DNA of 64,000 nt from Rhizobiaceae bacterium (GCA_035547755.1 DASZUG010000055.1:5562-69561), one strand, 5' to 3'; counted from the stretch's first letter, positions 1 through 10,740 are shown. A program made the numbers and translations. The notes: generated from the letters alone by a model not told the origin.

Positions 1-309
1 AACATGGCGATGGTCGAACTCGAGCCGGTTCCGGAAGAGGACGAGATGCTGGAGCGGTTGCATCACCATGGCGGCGACATCGCCCATATGGGGCGCGTCG
101 ATGTTTCCGGCGACATGACGAGCAATGATGAGGAGCGGCTCTATCAGCTCATCGCCAACCATCTCCATTATACCGGCTCGACGCGGGCGAAGACCATCCT
201 CGACAACTGGACGGACTACCGGCCGAAATTCCGCAAGGTCATGCCGGTCGAATATCGCCGCGCCCTGATCGAGATGGAGCGCATGCGCATGAACGTGGCG
301 GCGGAATAG
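1..309 (+). CDS. gltB: Glutamate synthase large subunit, C-terminal fragment (5'-truncated by window)
   Basis: LYQLIANHLHYTGSTRAKTILDNW..FRKVMPVEYRRAL is the typical GltB C-terminus; gltD follows. Confidence 0.93.
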   Translation, partial: NMAMVELEPVPEEDEMLERLHHHGGDIAHMGRVDVSGDMTSNDEERLYQLIANHLHYTGSTRAKTILDNWTDYRPKFRKVMPVEYRRALIEMERMRMNVAAE

Positions 310-370
310 GATGGGTTATGCTATTCTTTCTGAAGGTACGAAGAAATTGATCGATATTCGGACGATAGTT

Positions 371-616
371 ATGAAAAACGCTGATAGGCACTCGAGGATC
401 GTTTCTACTTCTGACACGATGTTTGGGAAACCGCGGATCGACGGAACCAGAATCACCGTTGAGCATGTGCTTCGGTGCTTGGCCGCAGGCTGGTCGGTTC
501 AAGAAATTGTCGAGCAGCATCCTCGACTGACGAAAGAAGACGTTCAGGCGGCTATCAGTTTTGCCGCCGATCAGTTGGCTGACCCAGAGCATCCTGTCGT
601 ACATGCAGCTGAGTAA
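371..616 (+). CDS. DUF433 family antitoxin (VapB45-like HTH); alternative start 311
   Basis: TMFGKPRIDGTRITVEHVL..LAAGWSVQEIVEQHPRLTKEDVQAAISFA matches the DUF433 pattern; 2 nt from a DUF5615 gene. Confidence 0.85.
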   Translation: MKNADRHSRIVSTSDTMFGKPRIDGTRITVEHVLRCLAAGWSVQEIVEQHPRLTKEDVQAAISFAADQLADPEHPVVHAAE

Positions 617-618
617 AT

Positions 619-1000
619 ATGAAATTTCTCGCCGACGAATGTGCTTGGCGATTGGTTGTGGATGCTCTGCGCGAAATCGGCTGGCATGGGAGTTGGATTC
701 ACGAAATATCGCCGAGTGCTTCCGATCGAGAGATATTGGAGCTTTCGGTATCCGGAAAGTGCGTGATTGTTACTGAGGACGCTGATTTTGGCGACCTCAT
801 TTTTCGCGAGGGGCTTAAAGCGTATGGAGTTGTCAGGGTGTGCCTGTCTGCCTTCCAAGCGGAGAAGAAACGCACGGCATCGGGATATCGGGGAACGGTT
901 ATTGAGTCTGGAAAGCAGCTTGATCGGGCAATTTACCACGATCGAGCCTAAGCGGACGCGGCAACGCAAATTGCCCGTCGAGACGTTTGGTGAGAATTAG
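619..1000 (+). pseudogene. DUF5615 PIN-like toxin (VapC45-like), apparently frameshifted near 865-885
   Basis: MKFLADEC...DREIL...VIVTEDADFGDLIF in the frame of 619 stops at 951; a family-like C-terminus (LIGQFTTIEPKRTRQRKLP) lies in the +1 frame and ends at 1000, next to the gltD ATG. Confidence 0.72.
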
Positions 1001-1001
1001 A

Positions 1002-2456
1002 ATGGGCAAGGTGACAGGTTTTCTCGAGATCGACCGGCAGGTGCAGAAGTACCAGCCCGCTTCCGATCGTATTCGGCATTTCAGGGAATTCACCCTGCCG
1101 ATGTCGGATAAAGAGGTCGAGAAACAGGCCGCCCGCTGCATGGATTGCGGCGTACCCTATTGTCATGGGCCGACCGGCTGCCCGGTGCACAACCAGATCC
1201 CCGACTGGAACGACCTCGTCTATAACGGAGACTGGGAAGGGGCGATCCGCAACCTCCATTCGACCAACAATTTTCCCGATTGGACCGGCCGGATCTGCCC
1301 GGCGCCCTGCGAGGAAGCCTGTACGCTCAACCTCGAGGACATCCCCGTCGCCATCAAGACGGTGGAGCAAGCGATCGCCGACAAGGCTTACGAACTCGGT
1401 CACATCCGGCCTCAGCCTGCTGCAACGAAAAGCGGGAAGAAGGTCGCCATTATCGGCTCCGGACCGGCCGGAATGGCAGCGGCGCAGCAACTTGCGCGCG
1501 CCGGCCATGACGTCCATGTCTATGAGCGCGAAAGCCGGCCGGGCGGGCTGATGCGCTACGGCATACCCGATTTCAAGATCGAGAAGCACTATATCGACCG
1601 GCGCATCGAGCAGATGCAGGGTGAGGGCGTTTCCTTCTTCTGCGGCGTCAATGTCGGCATCGACAAGAAAGTCGAGGACCTACGGGCCGAATATGATGCC
1701 GTCATCTATTGCGGCGGGTCGGAAACCCCGCGCGCCGCCGGCATTCCAGGCGCCGGACTTCAAGGCGTGCATGATGCCATGCCCTATCTCGTGCAGCAGA
1801 ACCGCCGGCTCGCTGGTGAAAATATCGACTCGGTCGCTTGGCCTTCGGTGCCCATACTTGCGTCCGGCAAGCATATCGTCGTCGTCGGCGGCGGGGATAC
1901 CGCCTCTGATTGCATCGGTACCGCGTTCCGCCAGGGCGCGGTCAAGGTCACGCAGCTCGACATCCGGCCGCAGCCGCCCGAGCGCGAGGATAAGTTGACG
2001 GTGTGGCCCTATTGGGCGACTAAGATGCGCACTTCTTCTTCCCAGGCAGAAGGCGTCGAGCGCGAATTCCAGATCGCCACGCTCGAGTTCTTCGGAGAGG
2101 AGGGTGTCCTCACCGCGGTGAAATGCTGCGAGGTAGACGAAAAACGCATGCCCGTATCAGGTACGGAGTTCTTTATCCGCGCCGATCTTGCTTTCATCGC
2201 GATCGGCTTTGCCGGGCCGCTGAAGGAAGGTGTCCTCGCCGAGTTGGGCGGTGCGCTTGACGTGAATATCGACCGGCGCGGGTCCAGCAATGTGGTTGCG
2301 AACGATCGCGACTACCGCACCAGCGTCGACAAGCTTTTCGCCGCCGGCGATGTGCGCCGCGGCCAATCCCTTGTCGTTTGGGCGATCCGCGAGGGACGGC
2401 AGGCGGCGCGGGCCGTGGACGAATTCCTTATGGGATCGACTGTCCTGCCCCGGTGA
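1002..2456 (+). CDS. gltD: Glutamate synthase small subunit
   Basis: MGKVTGFLE start, [12 protein letters not shown] and [12 protein letters not shown] Fe-S motifs, GSGPAG FAD motif, [14 protein letters not shown]. Confidence 0.97.
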   Translation: MGKVTGFLEIDRQVQKYQPASDRIRHFREFTLPMSDKEVEKQAARCMDCGVPYCHGPTGCPVHNQIPDWNDLVYNGDWEGAIRNLHSTNNFPDWTGRICPAPCEEACTLNLEDIPVAIKTVEQAIADKAYELGHIRPQPAATKSGKKVAIIGSGPAGMAAAQQLARAGHDVHVYERESRPGGLMRYGIPDFKIEKHYIDRRIEQMQGEGVSFFCGVNVGIDKKVEDLRAEYDAVIYCGGSETPRAAGIPGAGLQGVHDAMPYLVQQNRRLAGENIDSVAWPSVPILASGKHIVVVGGGDTASDCIGTAFRQGAVKVTQLDIRPQPPEREDKLTVWPYWATKMRTSSSQAEGVEREFQIATLEFFGEEGVLTAVKCCEVDEKRMPVSGTEFFIRADLAFIAIGFAGPLKEGVLAELGGALDVNIDRRGSSNVVANDRDYRTSVDKLFAAGDVRRGQSLVVWAIREGRQAARAVDEFLMGSTVLPR

Positions 2457-3765
2457 TCGCGCCGGGACGGACCGGTTGCGGCTCCTGCGACTGCAGAATG
2501 ATGCGGGTGATCGCATCCTCGTCGGCAGATTTTGCCGGGGCCGGCTTGGGAGGGAGACCGCCGAAATTATCGGCTCTGCCGCGCGGTGGAATGGTGGCAA
2601 TGCCTTCCCCCGTCAACTTCTCCATCGCCGTCTCGCCACCTGGCGCCGGTGTCACTGTCGCGCCGTCGAGGGCGCCGTCATCGTCCATTCCCTGATCCTT
2701 GAGCGAGATCGGCGGGGTTCGTTCCACCGGTCCCTCGCCGGTGGGGGCGGCGCCGAGGTTCGGGATGCCGGAAGGCAGGGATCCGATGTCGGGCGAAACC
2801 GCATCCCCGAGCAGGCGATTAAGATCCTTTTCGACATAAAAGGCTATTTTCGCCTTGCCCGCGCGCGAAAAATTAATCCCGTCATCCAGTCTGAGCCGCG
2901 TCGGCTGGCCGTTCACGTCCGGCCCAGTCAGCGTGAAGGCGCCGCTACCGTCGACGAAGCCGTCCCAAATGTCGACGAAGGCGCCTTTCTTCTCGTCGAC
3001 GCTGTTCTGATAGATGTCGTTCAAGGCCAGCATGTCGCTCGTCATCGATGCGGAGCGGAAAGCCGGTACACCGACCCAGACGAGCGGTATGTGACGATCA
3101 GCGAGGATTTTGGCGAACGCCTTCACCCGCTTCGTATATTCCACCACCCATTCGTCGGAACGGACAGCCTCGCTCTTGCCATCGACCGTGATCTGTTGCC
3201 GGTCGTTCGCTCCGATCATCATGACCACCACCGACGGCTTCACCGTGTCGAGCAGGGGGCCGATGCTCGCGTCCCAATCGTAGAAATCGGTGCGGACGAA
3301 GCCGGACGAGCCATTGGCCTCGTCGACGACCTTCACGCCTGGCGATTTGGCATAGGCGTCGGTCAGCCCGGCGGCCAGTTCGGAAGCAAGGAAATCGCCG
3401 ACCACCATGATCGTCCGGGCATTTGGAAGCTTTTCGACCTGATCCGACGAAGGAGGGGGAGCGGCCGTCCTCCTCGGCTGCGGTTTCTCTACTCGTCGCT
3501 GGGCGGGTGGCTGCATCCGCCTTCTCGGATAGGGTAGATACCACCGCTGCGATCGCTCGAAGGCCGGTGGCGCATTTTCGGCATGGGCGCTTGGAACGGT
3601 TCCGAGAAAAGCGATCGCCGCGAACAGCAAAGCGATCTTGGCAGCCGGCGCGCTTGGTGCCGCAATACGAAAAAGGCGGAGCAGGGCAGATGCACGATCC
3701 CATTTCCTTCCGCCGATAAGGCGCAGAGGGAGGAAGGCCGCTATCCGTCCATGCCGTTTTATCAT
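2428..3765 (-). CDS. SGNH/GDSL hydrolase family protein (DUF459-like), exported; start uncertain
   Basis: VVGDFLA block [13 protein letters not shown] block III, DDGINF block V; signal-like N-terminus; overlaps gltD 3' end by 29 bp. Confidence 0.8.
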   Translation of the reverse strand: MIKRHGRIAAFLPLRLIGGRKWDRASALLRLFRIAAPSAPAAKIALLFAAIAFLGTVPSAHAENAPPAFERSQRWYLPYPRRRMQPPAQRRVEKPQPRRTAAPPPSSDQVEKLPNARTIMVVGDFLASELAAGLTDAYAKSPGVKVVDEANGSSGFVRTDFYDWDASIGPLLDTVKPSVVVMMIGANDRQQITVDGKSEAVRSDEWVVEYTKRVKAFAKILADRHIPLVWVGVPAFRSASMTSDMLALNDIYQNSVDEKKGAFVDIWDGFVDGSGAFTLTGPDVNGQPTRLRLDDGINFSRAGKAKIAFYVEKDLNRLLGDAVSPDIGSLPSGIPNLGAAPTGEGPVERTPPISLKDQGMDDDGALDGATVTPAPGGETAMEKLTGEGIATIPPRGRADNFGGLPPKPAPAKSADEDAITRIILQSQEPQPVRPGAITGAGQSIP

Positions 3766-4986
3766 TCACCTCTGTCTCAGGCTGATCAGCACTTTCTTGC
3801 TTGGATTGCCGTCCTGGGTTAGTCCCGCCTGCGCCTGGAACGCCTTGATGGCATCGCGGGAGCCGTCGCCGATCCGGCCGTCTATCTTGCCGTCATAATA
3901 ACCAAGCGCAAGCAGACGCTTCTGCAATTCCCGGCGCTCGTCGAAGCTCAGCTTGATGAAGGGGCGATCCCAATCCTGGACGAGGCCGCCATAACCGGCG
4001 ATCTGGTCGGCAAGCAAACCGACGGCAAGCGCATATCTGTCGGCATTATTGTATTTCTTGATGACAAAGAAATTCTTCAGCATCAAAAAGACCGGGCCGT
4101 TGCGGCCCTCCGGAAGTTTCAGAGCGGCCTGATCCAATCCGCGCGGAAAATCCTTGCCATTGGCTCGGGTCACGCCGAGCGCCGCCCATCGGTCAAGCGA
4201 TTCGAAGCCGGCGGGAAATTTTCGCCCGGCTGGAAGCTTCACCTCATAGCCCCAGGTCTTGCCGGTCTGCCATCCGTTGCGCGCCAGGAGATTGGCGGTC
4301 GTCGCCAGTGCGTCGGGAACCGATGTCCAGATGTCGCGCCGGCCATTGCCGTCCATATCGACGCCATAGATTTCATAGCTCGTCGGAATGAACTGCGTCT
4401 GCCCCATGGCCCCAGCCCATGAGCCGGTAAGGTGCCTCTCATCGATATCGCCGCGCTGCAGGATCTTGAGCGCCGCAATCAATTGCTTGCGGGCGAAGCT
4501 CGAATAACGCTTGCTGCCATAGCCAAGGGTCGCGAGCGAACGGATGACGTTGCGCATCACCTTGTCGTTCTTCAGCGTCTCTCCATAGTTCGACTCCATC
4601 GACCATATGGCGAGAAGAATGTAGCGGCTTACACCGTAGCGTTGTTCGATGCGGTCGAGCCAAGGCCGCCATTTTGCCGCCATGGCCTGGCCATCCGCGA
4701 TCGACTGCTCCTGGACGCGGTTATCGAAATAGTTCCAGACCGGCGCATTGAATTCCGGCTGGGCACGGGATTTTTCCAGCACTTCCGGATCCGGTTCGGT
4801 GACGTTGCGGAAAGCACGATCGAAGGTCGAGCGGGACACGCCATGAGAGAGCGCGACGCTGCGGAAGCTTGCAACCCAATGGCGGAAGCCTTGGTCTGCT
4901 TGCGCGGGCGTTCCGCCGGCGAGCGCTGCTATGAGAGCGGCGGCGAGAATCGGAGCGATACGTCTTGCGATGGATGAAGCGGACAT
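3766..4986 (-). CDS. Lytic murein transglycosylase (MltB/SLT_2 family) with C-terminal PG-binding domain
   Basis: AIWSMESNYG catalytic Glu, GSWAGAMGQTQFIPTSY, DMDGNGRRD EF-hand, ELQKRL..GYYDGKIDGRIG PG-binding domain. Confidence 0.93.
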   Translation of the reverse strand: MSASSIARRIAPILAAALIAALAGGTPAQADQGFRHWVASFRSVALSHGVSRSTFDRAFRNVTEPDPEVLEKSRAQPEFNAPVWNYFDNRVQEQSIADGQAMAAKWRPWLDRIEQRYGVSRYILLAIWSMESNYGETLKNDKVMRNVIRSLATLGYGSKRYSSFARKQLIAALKILQRGDIDERHLTGSWAGAMGQTQFIPTSYEIYGVDMDGNGRRDIWTSVPDALATTANLLARNGWQTGKTWGYEVKLPAGRKFPAGFESLDRWAALGVTRANGKDFPRGLDQAALKLPEGRNGPVFLMLKNFFVIKKYNNADRYALAVGLLADQIAGYGGLVQDWDRPFIKLSFDERRELQKRLLALGYYDGKIDGRIGDGSRDAIKAFQAQAGLTQDGNPSKKVLISLRQR

Positions 4987-5175
4987 CTTCCCTCCTTCGA
5001 TCAGTTGAAAAGCCTATTCATCGCGTGAGCCGGTTAGGATTTAGTTTACCATGAGTTCCAATCGGGTCACTATTCCTGTACTTTTTGAAATCTGGAACCA
5101 TGATCCGACGACATGCGTTCAGGACTCGGGCGGCATTATGCTTTTCTGAAAATTGAACGAGGAACAGAACGAAAC

Positions 5176-6081
5176 ATGAAGAAACTGCGCAAGGCTGTCT
5201 TTCCGGTCGCGGGCCTCGGCACACGGTTCCTTCCGGCGACTAAGGCGATCCCGAAGGAAATGCTGACGGTCGTCGACAAGCCCGTCATCCAATATGTGGT
5301 GGACGAGGCGAGAGAAGCCGGCATCGAGCACTTCATCTTCGTCACAGGCCGCAACAAAGCGGTCATCGAAGACCATTTCGATATCCATTTCGAGCTCTAT
5401 GACACGCTCGCCGAACGCGGCAAGGACGCCGTCCTCGACCGGCTGCAGGGTCTTCAGCCTGGTCCAGGCCAGACGAGTTTCACGCGCCAGCAAGTGCCGC
5501 TCGGGCTCGGGCATGCCGTCTGGTGCGCGCGCGATCTCGTCGGCGACGAACCTTTCGCCCTTCTCCTGCCCGACATGATCATGCAGTCCGAGAAGAGCTG
5601 CCTCAAGGCGATGGTCGAACTTTACGAGCATACCGGCAACAATATCATCGCCGTCCAGGAGTGCGATCCTGCGGAAACGCACAAATATGGCATTGTTGGA
5701 AAGGGAGCGGATGCCCATTCCGGCTTCGAGGTCACGGCGATGGTGGAAAAGCCGAAGCCCGAAAATGCGCCGACCAATCTCTACATCAACGGACGCTATA
5801 TTCTGCAGCCTGAAATCTTCTCCATCCTTGAAAACCAGGAAAAGGGCGCCGGCAACGAGATTCAGCTTACCGACGGTATGCTTCGGCTGAAGGAGAAGCA
5901 GCCTTTTTATGGCTATCACTATCGCGGCCGGACCTTCGATTGCGGCTCGCCGGAGGGCTTTATCGAGGCGAACGTCGCCTTTGCCTTGTTGCGGGAGGAC
6001 ATGCGCGAGCGCATCGGCAGGCTGATCGACGAAGCTTCGGGCGATATCCATCCCGGCTCAAAGATCAGGGCAGCGGAATAA
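5176..6081 (+). CDS. galU: UTP-glucose-1-phosphate uridylyltransferase
   Basis: [36 protein letters not shown] motifs. Confidence 0.96.
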   Translation: MKKLRKAVFPVAGLGTRFLPATKAIPKEMLTVVDKPVIQYVVDEAREAGIEHFIFVTGRNKAVIEDHFDIHFELYDTLAERGKDAVLDRLQGLQPGPGQTSFTRQQVPLGLGHAVWCARDLVGDEPFALLLPDMIMQSEKSCLKAMVELYEHTGNNIIAVQECDPAETHKYGIVGKGADAHSGFEVTAMVEKPKPENAPTNLYINGRYILQPEIFSILENQEKGAGNEIQLTDGMLRLKEKQPFYGYHYRGRTFDCGSPEGFIEANVAFALLREDMRERIGRLIDEASGDIHPGSKIRAAE

Positions 6082-6091
6082 TTCCGTTTTA

Positions 6092-7885
6092 TCAGCGCTG
6101 GACGATAAAGCCGAGGAAGATGCTTTCGGCTTTATAGTCGCGGCCCTCGATGTTGCTGACCTGCTGCTCGTGCCTGACCTTGCCGGTAATGCCTGCGTAG
6201 CGGTTCAGCCAATAGATCAGGCCGGCTTCAGCGTCCCAGCCGAAATCGTGGCCGTTGGTGCCCGAATAGTCACGCCACAGCATGCCGAGCGTGGCTATAC
6301 CGGTCAGATTGGCGCGCATCTGCCGTTCGAGCGAAATCTGGCCGGTGTAGAGTATGTCTCCGGACTGGCCCGCTGTCGTCGTCCCTTCGATTTGGGTCGC
6401 GCCCTGGAGCGAAACGGTCGTTCCGCGGATTGGAGACCATTTGAGATCCGCAGCGATCGATGGGCCGGAAATTGGTGCGAGGCGGCCGTCGTCCGGCGTT
6501 TCCCTGAGCCAGCCTGCCGAAAACTCGCCGGATAGCTTGTCAGTCAGGTTGAGCGTTACGCCGGCGCGCGCGCCGACCCGATCGGCGGAGCGCGCATAGC
6601 CGGCATCATCAAGCCGCAGATCATAATAACGCCGGCCAAGCTCGCCTTCGACGAAGGGGATGACGGAAGGAGAAAGCTCGTAGCCGGCGCGGAGCACGCC
6701 CGTCACCAGCGTGTTGTTCCTGTCCTTCTGCGAGAGCGTTCCGCCCGACTCCAGCTTGGCGTTCCCGTAAATGTCGCGTTCCAGATTGCCGGTAATGCCG
6801 AGCCGCAGCTTGCCGACAGCCTTTTCGAGACCGACGCTGCTGGTGAGCGTCTGCGTCAGCGGCTCTTCGGTCGTTCCTTCGATGATGACGGGCGATTCCG
6901 CCGTTTCCGGCGTGACCGCATAGCCGAGTTTGATCTTGCCGCGCAGTTCATGCGTGATGTCAAGATCGAGTTCGCCGTCCACCCCCGCAGTCGGTTGCGA
7001 CAAATCCTGCCCTGCCACGGATTTGCGGAAGATGCCGTAGGCATTGATGTTGGCGGAATGGCGGGACCAGTCCGAGACGGCATTCAGGCGGAGCGTCGTT
7101 TCGGACAGGATCGCCGATTTGCCGTCCGTGCTGGAATCGGCATTCGTCGTCGCTGTAAGGCCTGACTGGATCGACGTGTTGACGTTGAATGTTCCTAGCC
7201 TGAGACCGAGCGGCGCATAGGGATCGTCGTCATATTGGGCCTTCTTGCTGTTTTCGATCGGTTTTTCGCGCTGGTTTTCGGACAGGGCGCGACCCAGATC
7301 CCTGTTCTGGGAATCGATCGAGATGGCGCGAAGATTGCCGGTCGTTTCCGGCGAAAGCGGTTCGTCCTGCGTATCCTCATCGGAGACGGTTTTCTTCCTG
7401 GCGGTGGAGCTCTTCTTCGATGACTGAGTCTGGTCCGCCGTGGCGCCGGCTTGATCCTGATCGGAGGAGCCGAGTGTGCCGAAAGGCTGCTGATCGATTC
7501 CGTCCGCCGTGTCGGCAGTATTAGCTATCGCACCGGCCTGGCCGCCGCCCGCTGGCGCGGAAAGAGCAGCATTGGAACCTCCAGTCGTGTTGTCCGGCAA
7601 AGCATCCTGGCTGGCCGGAACATAGGCATCGTCCTGGCCGTCATTCCCGGCGTCCACAACGGTATCCGTCGCCGGCGTGACGGCGCCGAAAAGGCCGCCA
7701 TTCGATTGGTTATTGGGCAAATCGCCGCGCAATGCCAGGGTTTGCTGCGCCGATGCGGGAGCCGCGTTGATCAATGCCAGCGCCGCTACGCCGACGAAAA
7801 GTGCGGCCAGCCGCGTTTTGCGCGCATGTCTGATCGTTGGATTCGGAAAAAGAGACATCGTCCCTGACAGACTCTTGGCGCGCAT
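6092..7885 (-). CDS. Outer-membrane beta-barrel protein with long acidic low-complexity N-terminal region
   Basis: Signal peptide (ASA/Q), PYAPLGLRLGTF, alternating beta-strand pattern, C-terminal aromatic signature IFLGFIVQR. Confidence 0.8.
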   Translation of the reverse strand: MRAKSLSGTMSLFPNPTIRHARKTRLAALFVGVAALALINAAPASAQQTLALRGDLPNNQSNGGLFGAVTPATDTVVDAGNDGQDDAYVPASQDALPDNTTGGSNAALSAPAGGGQAGAIANTADTADGIDQQPFGTLGSSDQDQAGATADQTQSSKKSSTARKKTVSDEDTQDEPLSPETTGNLRAISIDSQNRDLGRALSENQREKPIENSKKAQYDDDPYAPLGLRLGTFNVNTSIQSGLTATTNADSSTDGKSAILSETTLRLNAVSDWSRHSANINAYGIFRKSVAGQDLSQPTAGVDGELDLDITHELRGKIKLGYAVTPETAESPVIIEGTTEEPLTQTLTSSVGLEKAVGKLRLGITGNLERDIYGNAKLESGGTLSQKDRNNTLVTGVLRAGYELSPSVIPFVEGELGRRYYDLRLDDAGYARSADRVGARAGVTLNLTDKLSGEFSAGWLRETPDDGRLAPISGPSIAADLKWSPIRGTTVSLQGATQIEGTTTAGQSGDILYTGQISLERQMRANLTGIATLGMLWRDYSGTNGHDFGWDAEAGLIYWLNRYAGITGKVRHEQQVSNIEGRDYKAESIFLGFIVQR

Positions 7886-8069
7886 AGAATTTTACGGAAA
7901 GGTAAATCGCGATGGTTAACGGAGCGTTGAAACTGCGGGCTCGGGAAGGCGTGGTGTTTACCTTTTCAAGGCGGCAGGACGCTGATGCCGGGCAAAATCT
8001 CCCGCGAAAATGCCCAAGCGGTGCGCAAAATGGATTCCGCTTTTCGCGCCGATGCTGTAGAGCGGGTCC

Positions 8070-9071
8070 ATGATGCATGGATTGGCGATGCGTAAACCGG
8101 CGGACAGGAAAGCCGCTATCGAGTCAGCGATACGGACGATCAAGACCGAGCATGCCGGCGTCGTCGCCTTGGCGGAGGCGCTCGACAACGGGCTGGCGGA
8201 ACCCTTTGCGGAAGCGGTGCAGCGCATTTCCGCGATCACCGGGAGGGTTATCGTCACCGGCGTGGGGAAAAGCGGCCATATCGGCTCGAAGCTCGCCGCT
8301 ACGCTGGCATCGACGGGAACGCCTGCATTTTTCGTCCATCCTGCAGAGGCCAATCACGGCGACCTCGGCATGATCGGTCACGATGATGCGATTATTGCCA
8401 TGTCATGGTCGGGTGAAACCGCGGAATTGAACGGAATCCTTGCCTATTCCCGCCGTTTCTCCATCCCGCTCATCGCCATCACCTCCGGCGTCACGTCGAC
8501 GCTGGCGAAAGAGGCGGACACGGTGCTGTTGCTTCCCACGGTTTCGGAGGCCTGCCCGCATGGACTCGCGCCAACGACCTCGACGCTTCTGCAACTCGTC
8601 ATCGGCGATGCGCTGGCCATCGCGCTTCTGGAAGCGCGGGGCTTCACCGCCGACCATTTCCGCACCTTCCATCCGGGCGGCCGGCTCGGGGCAAGCCTGA
8701 TGCATCTGGCGGAGATCATGCATACGGGCGAGGAGATGCCGATCGTGCCGCTCGGCGCCAGCATGCCCGACGCGATCACGATCCTGTCGCAAAAACGCTT
8801 CGGCTGCGTCTGTGTCATCGACGGGGAGGGGAAACTCGCGGGCATCGTCACCGATGGCGATCTTGCCCGCAATCTCAACCGCAATCTCGGCGCCATGACC
8901 GTCGAGGAGGTGATGACGCGCAATCCCAAGACCGCCGCGCCGGATATGCTTGCAAGCACTGCGACCGGCATCCTCAACGGCTATAATATCAGCGCGCTTG
9001 TCGTGGCGGAGGAAGGCAAACCGGTCGGCATCGTGCATTTCCACGATCTCTTGCGGATCGGCGTCGTCTGA
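8070..9071 (+). CDS. kdsD: KpsF/GutQ family arabinose-5-phosphate isomerase (SIS + CBS pair)
   Basis: VTGVGKSGHIG, HPAEANHGDLG, EACPHGLAPTTS, FHPGGRLG, tandem CBS domains. Confidence 0.9.
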   Translation: MMHGLAMRKPADRKAAIESAIRTIKTEHAGVVALAEALDNGLAEPFAEAVQRISAITGRVIVTGVGKSGHIGSKLAATLASTGTPAFFVHPAEANHGDLGMIGHDDAIIAMSWSGETAELNGILAYSRRFSIPLIAITSGVTSTLAKEADTVLLLPTVSEACPHGLAPTTSTLLQLVIGDALAIALLEARGFTADHFRTFHPGGRLGASLMHLAEIMHTGEEMPIVPLGASMPDAITILSQKRFGCVCVIDGEGKLAGIVTDGDLARNLNRNLGAMTVEEVMTRNPKTAAPDMLASTATGILNGYNISALVVAEEGKPVGIVHFHDLLRIGVV

Positions 9072-9089
9072 CGGGACGTCCCGAGCCGT

Positions 9090-9554
9090 TCAGGCCGGCT
9101 CCACCACCAGTTCCATATCCTTTACCGCGGTAACGCGAACGCGCGCGCCGACGGGAAGGTCCGGGCCGGTGACGAGCCAGAACGTGTCGCCGAGGCGGAT
9201 GCGGCCGCGTCCTTCCGCGATCGGTTCGGCAAGGGTGGCCGTCCGGCCGATCAGTTGTTCGGCGCGGCGATTGAGGAGGGGCTGATCGCTTTCTCCGCCG
9301 GTTTTCGCCATCACCTGTCGGCCGACATAGGCGGAAATGACCGACAGGATCAGAAAGAGGACGACCTGCGCCTGCCAGACCCAGAATGCCGCATGCGCAA
9401 GCTGAAGCGTCAGCGCGCCGACGAGAATGGCGGCGATGCCGATCCACAACAGGAAGACACCCGGCACCAGGATCTCGAGGATCAGCAGCACCGAACCCAG
9501 GACCATCCAGTTCCAAGGACCGAGTTCGGTGAAGATGCGTTCAAGCATGGCCAT
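9090..9554 (-). CDS. NfeD-like (YbbJ) membrane protein
   Basis: Hydrophobic N-terminus, LNRRAEQLIGR, GRGRIRLGDTFW OB-fold; downstream of SPFH gene. Confidence 0.9.
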   Translation of the reverse strand: MAMLERIFTELGPWNWMVLGSVLLILEILVPGVFLLWIGIAAILVGALTLQLAHAAFWVWQAQVVLFLILSVISAYVGRQVMAKTGGESDQPLLNRRAEQLIGRTATLAEPIAEGRGRIRLGDTFWLVTGPDLPVGARVRVTAVKDMELVVEPA

Positions 9555-9563
9555 AGCCTCCGC

Positions 9564-9667
9564 TTGAGCAATTCCAGCAAACGTGCATAGCGGTTTTGCG
9601 GTCGGAATCGCGTAGAAACAACCAGATAGAGCATTCCCGTGATTCGGAGAAAAACGGAAATGCTCTA
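9564..9667. repeat. 104-bp Bru-RS-like miniature palindromic repeat (MITE-like)
   Basis: Ends TTGAGCAATTCC...GGAAATGCTCTA (imperfect terminal inverted repeat); internal TAGAGCATTCCCGT at 9627 pairs with the right end; resembles the ~103-105 bp Rhizobiales intergenic repeats as I recall them. Confidence 0.75.
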
Positions 9668-9674
9668 GTATAGA

Positions 9675-10631
9675 TCACGACTGATCCTGGCCGGTGCGGG
9701 GCGGCCTGCTGGCGGAAGCCGCGCGTTGCGTCACCGGCGTCGCGTCATTGCCGAAAACTTCCTTGGCAATGGCGCCGATGCCGCCAAGCGATCCGACCAG
9801 AGAGGAGGCTTCGAGCGGCATCAGGACGATCTTGTTATTGGCCGAGGAGCCGATCCTGGCGAGCGCTTCGGTGTATTTCTGCGCCACGAAATAGTTGAGC
9901 GCCTGTACGTCGCCTTTGGAGATAGCCTCCGAAACGACCTGCGTGGCCCGCGCCTCGGCTTCCGCCGCGCGCTCGCGCGCCTCGGCATCGCGGAAGGCGG
10001 CTTCCCTGCGGCCTTCCGCTTCCAGTATCTGCGCCTGTTTCTTGCCTTCGGCCTCGAGAATCTGGGCGCGCTTCATGCGCTCGGCCATCATCTGGCGGGC
10101 CATGGAATCGACAAGGTTGGCGGGCGGGTTGATGTCCTTGATCTCGATCCGCGTCACCTTGATGCCCCAGGGGTGCGCGGCCTGATCGACGACGCGCAGC
10201 AGCCTTTCGTTGATCGCGTCGCGGTTGGAGAGCAGTTCATCGAGATCCATCGATCCCATGACGGTGCGGATATTGGTCATGGTGAGGTTGAGGATCGCGT
10301 TTTCAAGCCCGGCGACCTGATAGGCGGCCTGGGCGGCGTTCAGCACCTGGTAGAAGGCAACGCCGTCGACGCCGACAATGGCGTTGTCGCGCGTTATGAT
10401 CTCCTGCGAGGGCACGTCGAGCACCTGCTCCATCATGTTCATCTTCGCGCCGATGCGGTCGATGAAGGGAATGATGAGGCTCAGTCCAGGCGAGAGCGAC
10501 TTGGTGTAGCGGCCGAAACGCTCGACGGTATAGTTGTAGCCCTGCGGAACCGTCTTGATTCCTGCGAACAGGAACAGGATGACGAGAATGACAAGAACCG
10601 CGATGAGAATATCGGAACCCGTGAACGCCAT
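9675..10631 (-). CDS. SPFH/band-7 (QmcA-like) protein
   Basis: N-terminal [46 protein letters not shown] coiled coil. Confidence 0.93.
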   Translation of the reverse strand: MAFTGSDILIAVLVILVILFLFAGIKTVPQGYNYTVERFGRYTKSLSPGLSLIIPFIDRIGAKMNMMEQVLDVPSQEIITRDNAIVGVDGVAFYQVLNAAQAAYQVAGLENAILNLTMTNIRTVMGSMDLDELLSNRDAINERLLRVVDQAAHPWGIKVTRIEIKDINPPANLVDSMARQMMAERMKRAQILEAEGKKQAQILEAEGRREAAFRDAEARERAAEAEARATQVVSEAISKGDVQALNYFVAQKYTEALARIGSSANNKIVLMPLEASSLVGSLGGIGAIAKEVFGNDATPVTQRAASASRPPRTGQDQS

Positions 10632-10740
10632 ATCTTCCCCCGGTCGTGATACGGCAAGCGCCGCTGCGACAATGATCTAGGCACTGCGGTGGCGGCTTAC
10701 AATGAAAATAGAGCGAGTTGGAAGCGGCGGAACTTGCGCT

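Noticed and set aside
311-1000. Transposon or IS carrying the TA pair
   Set aside because: No transposase, terminal inverted repeats or target duplication seen.
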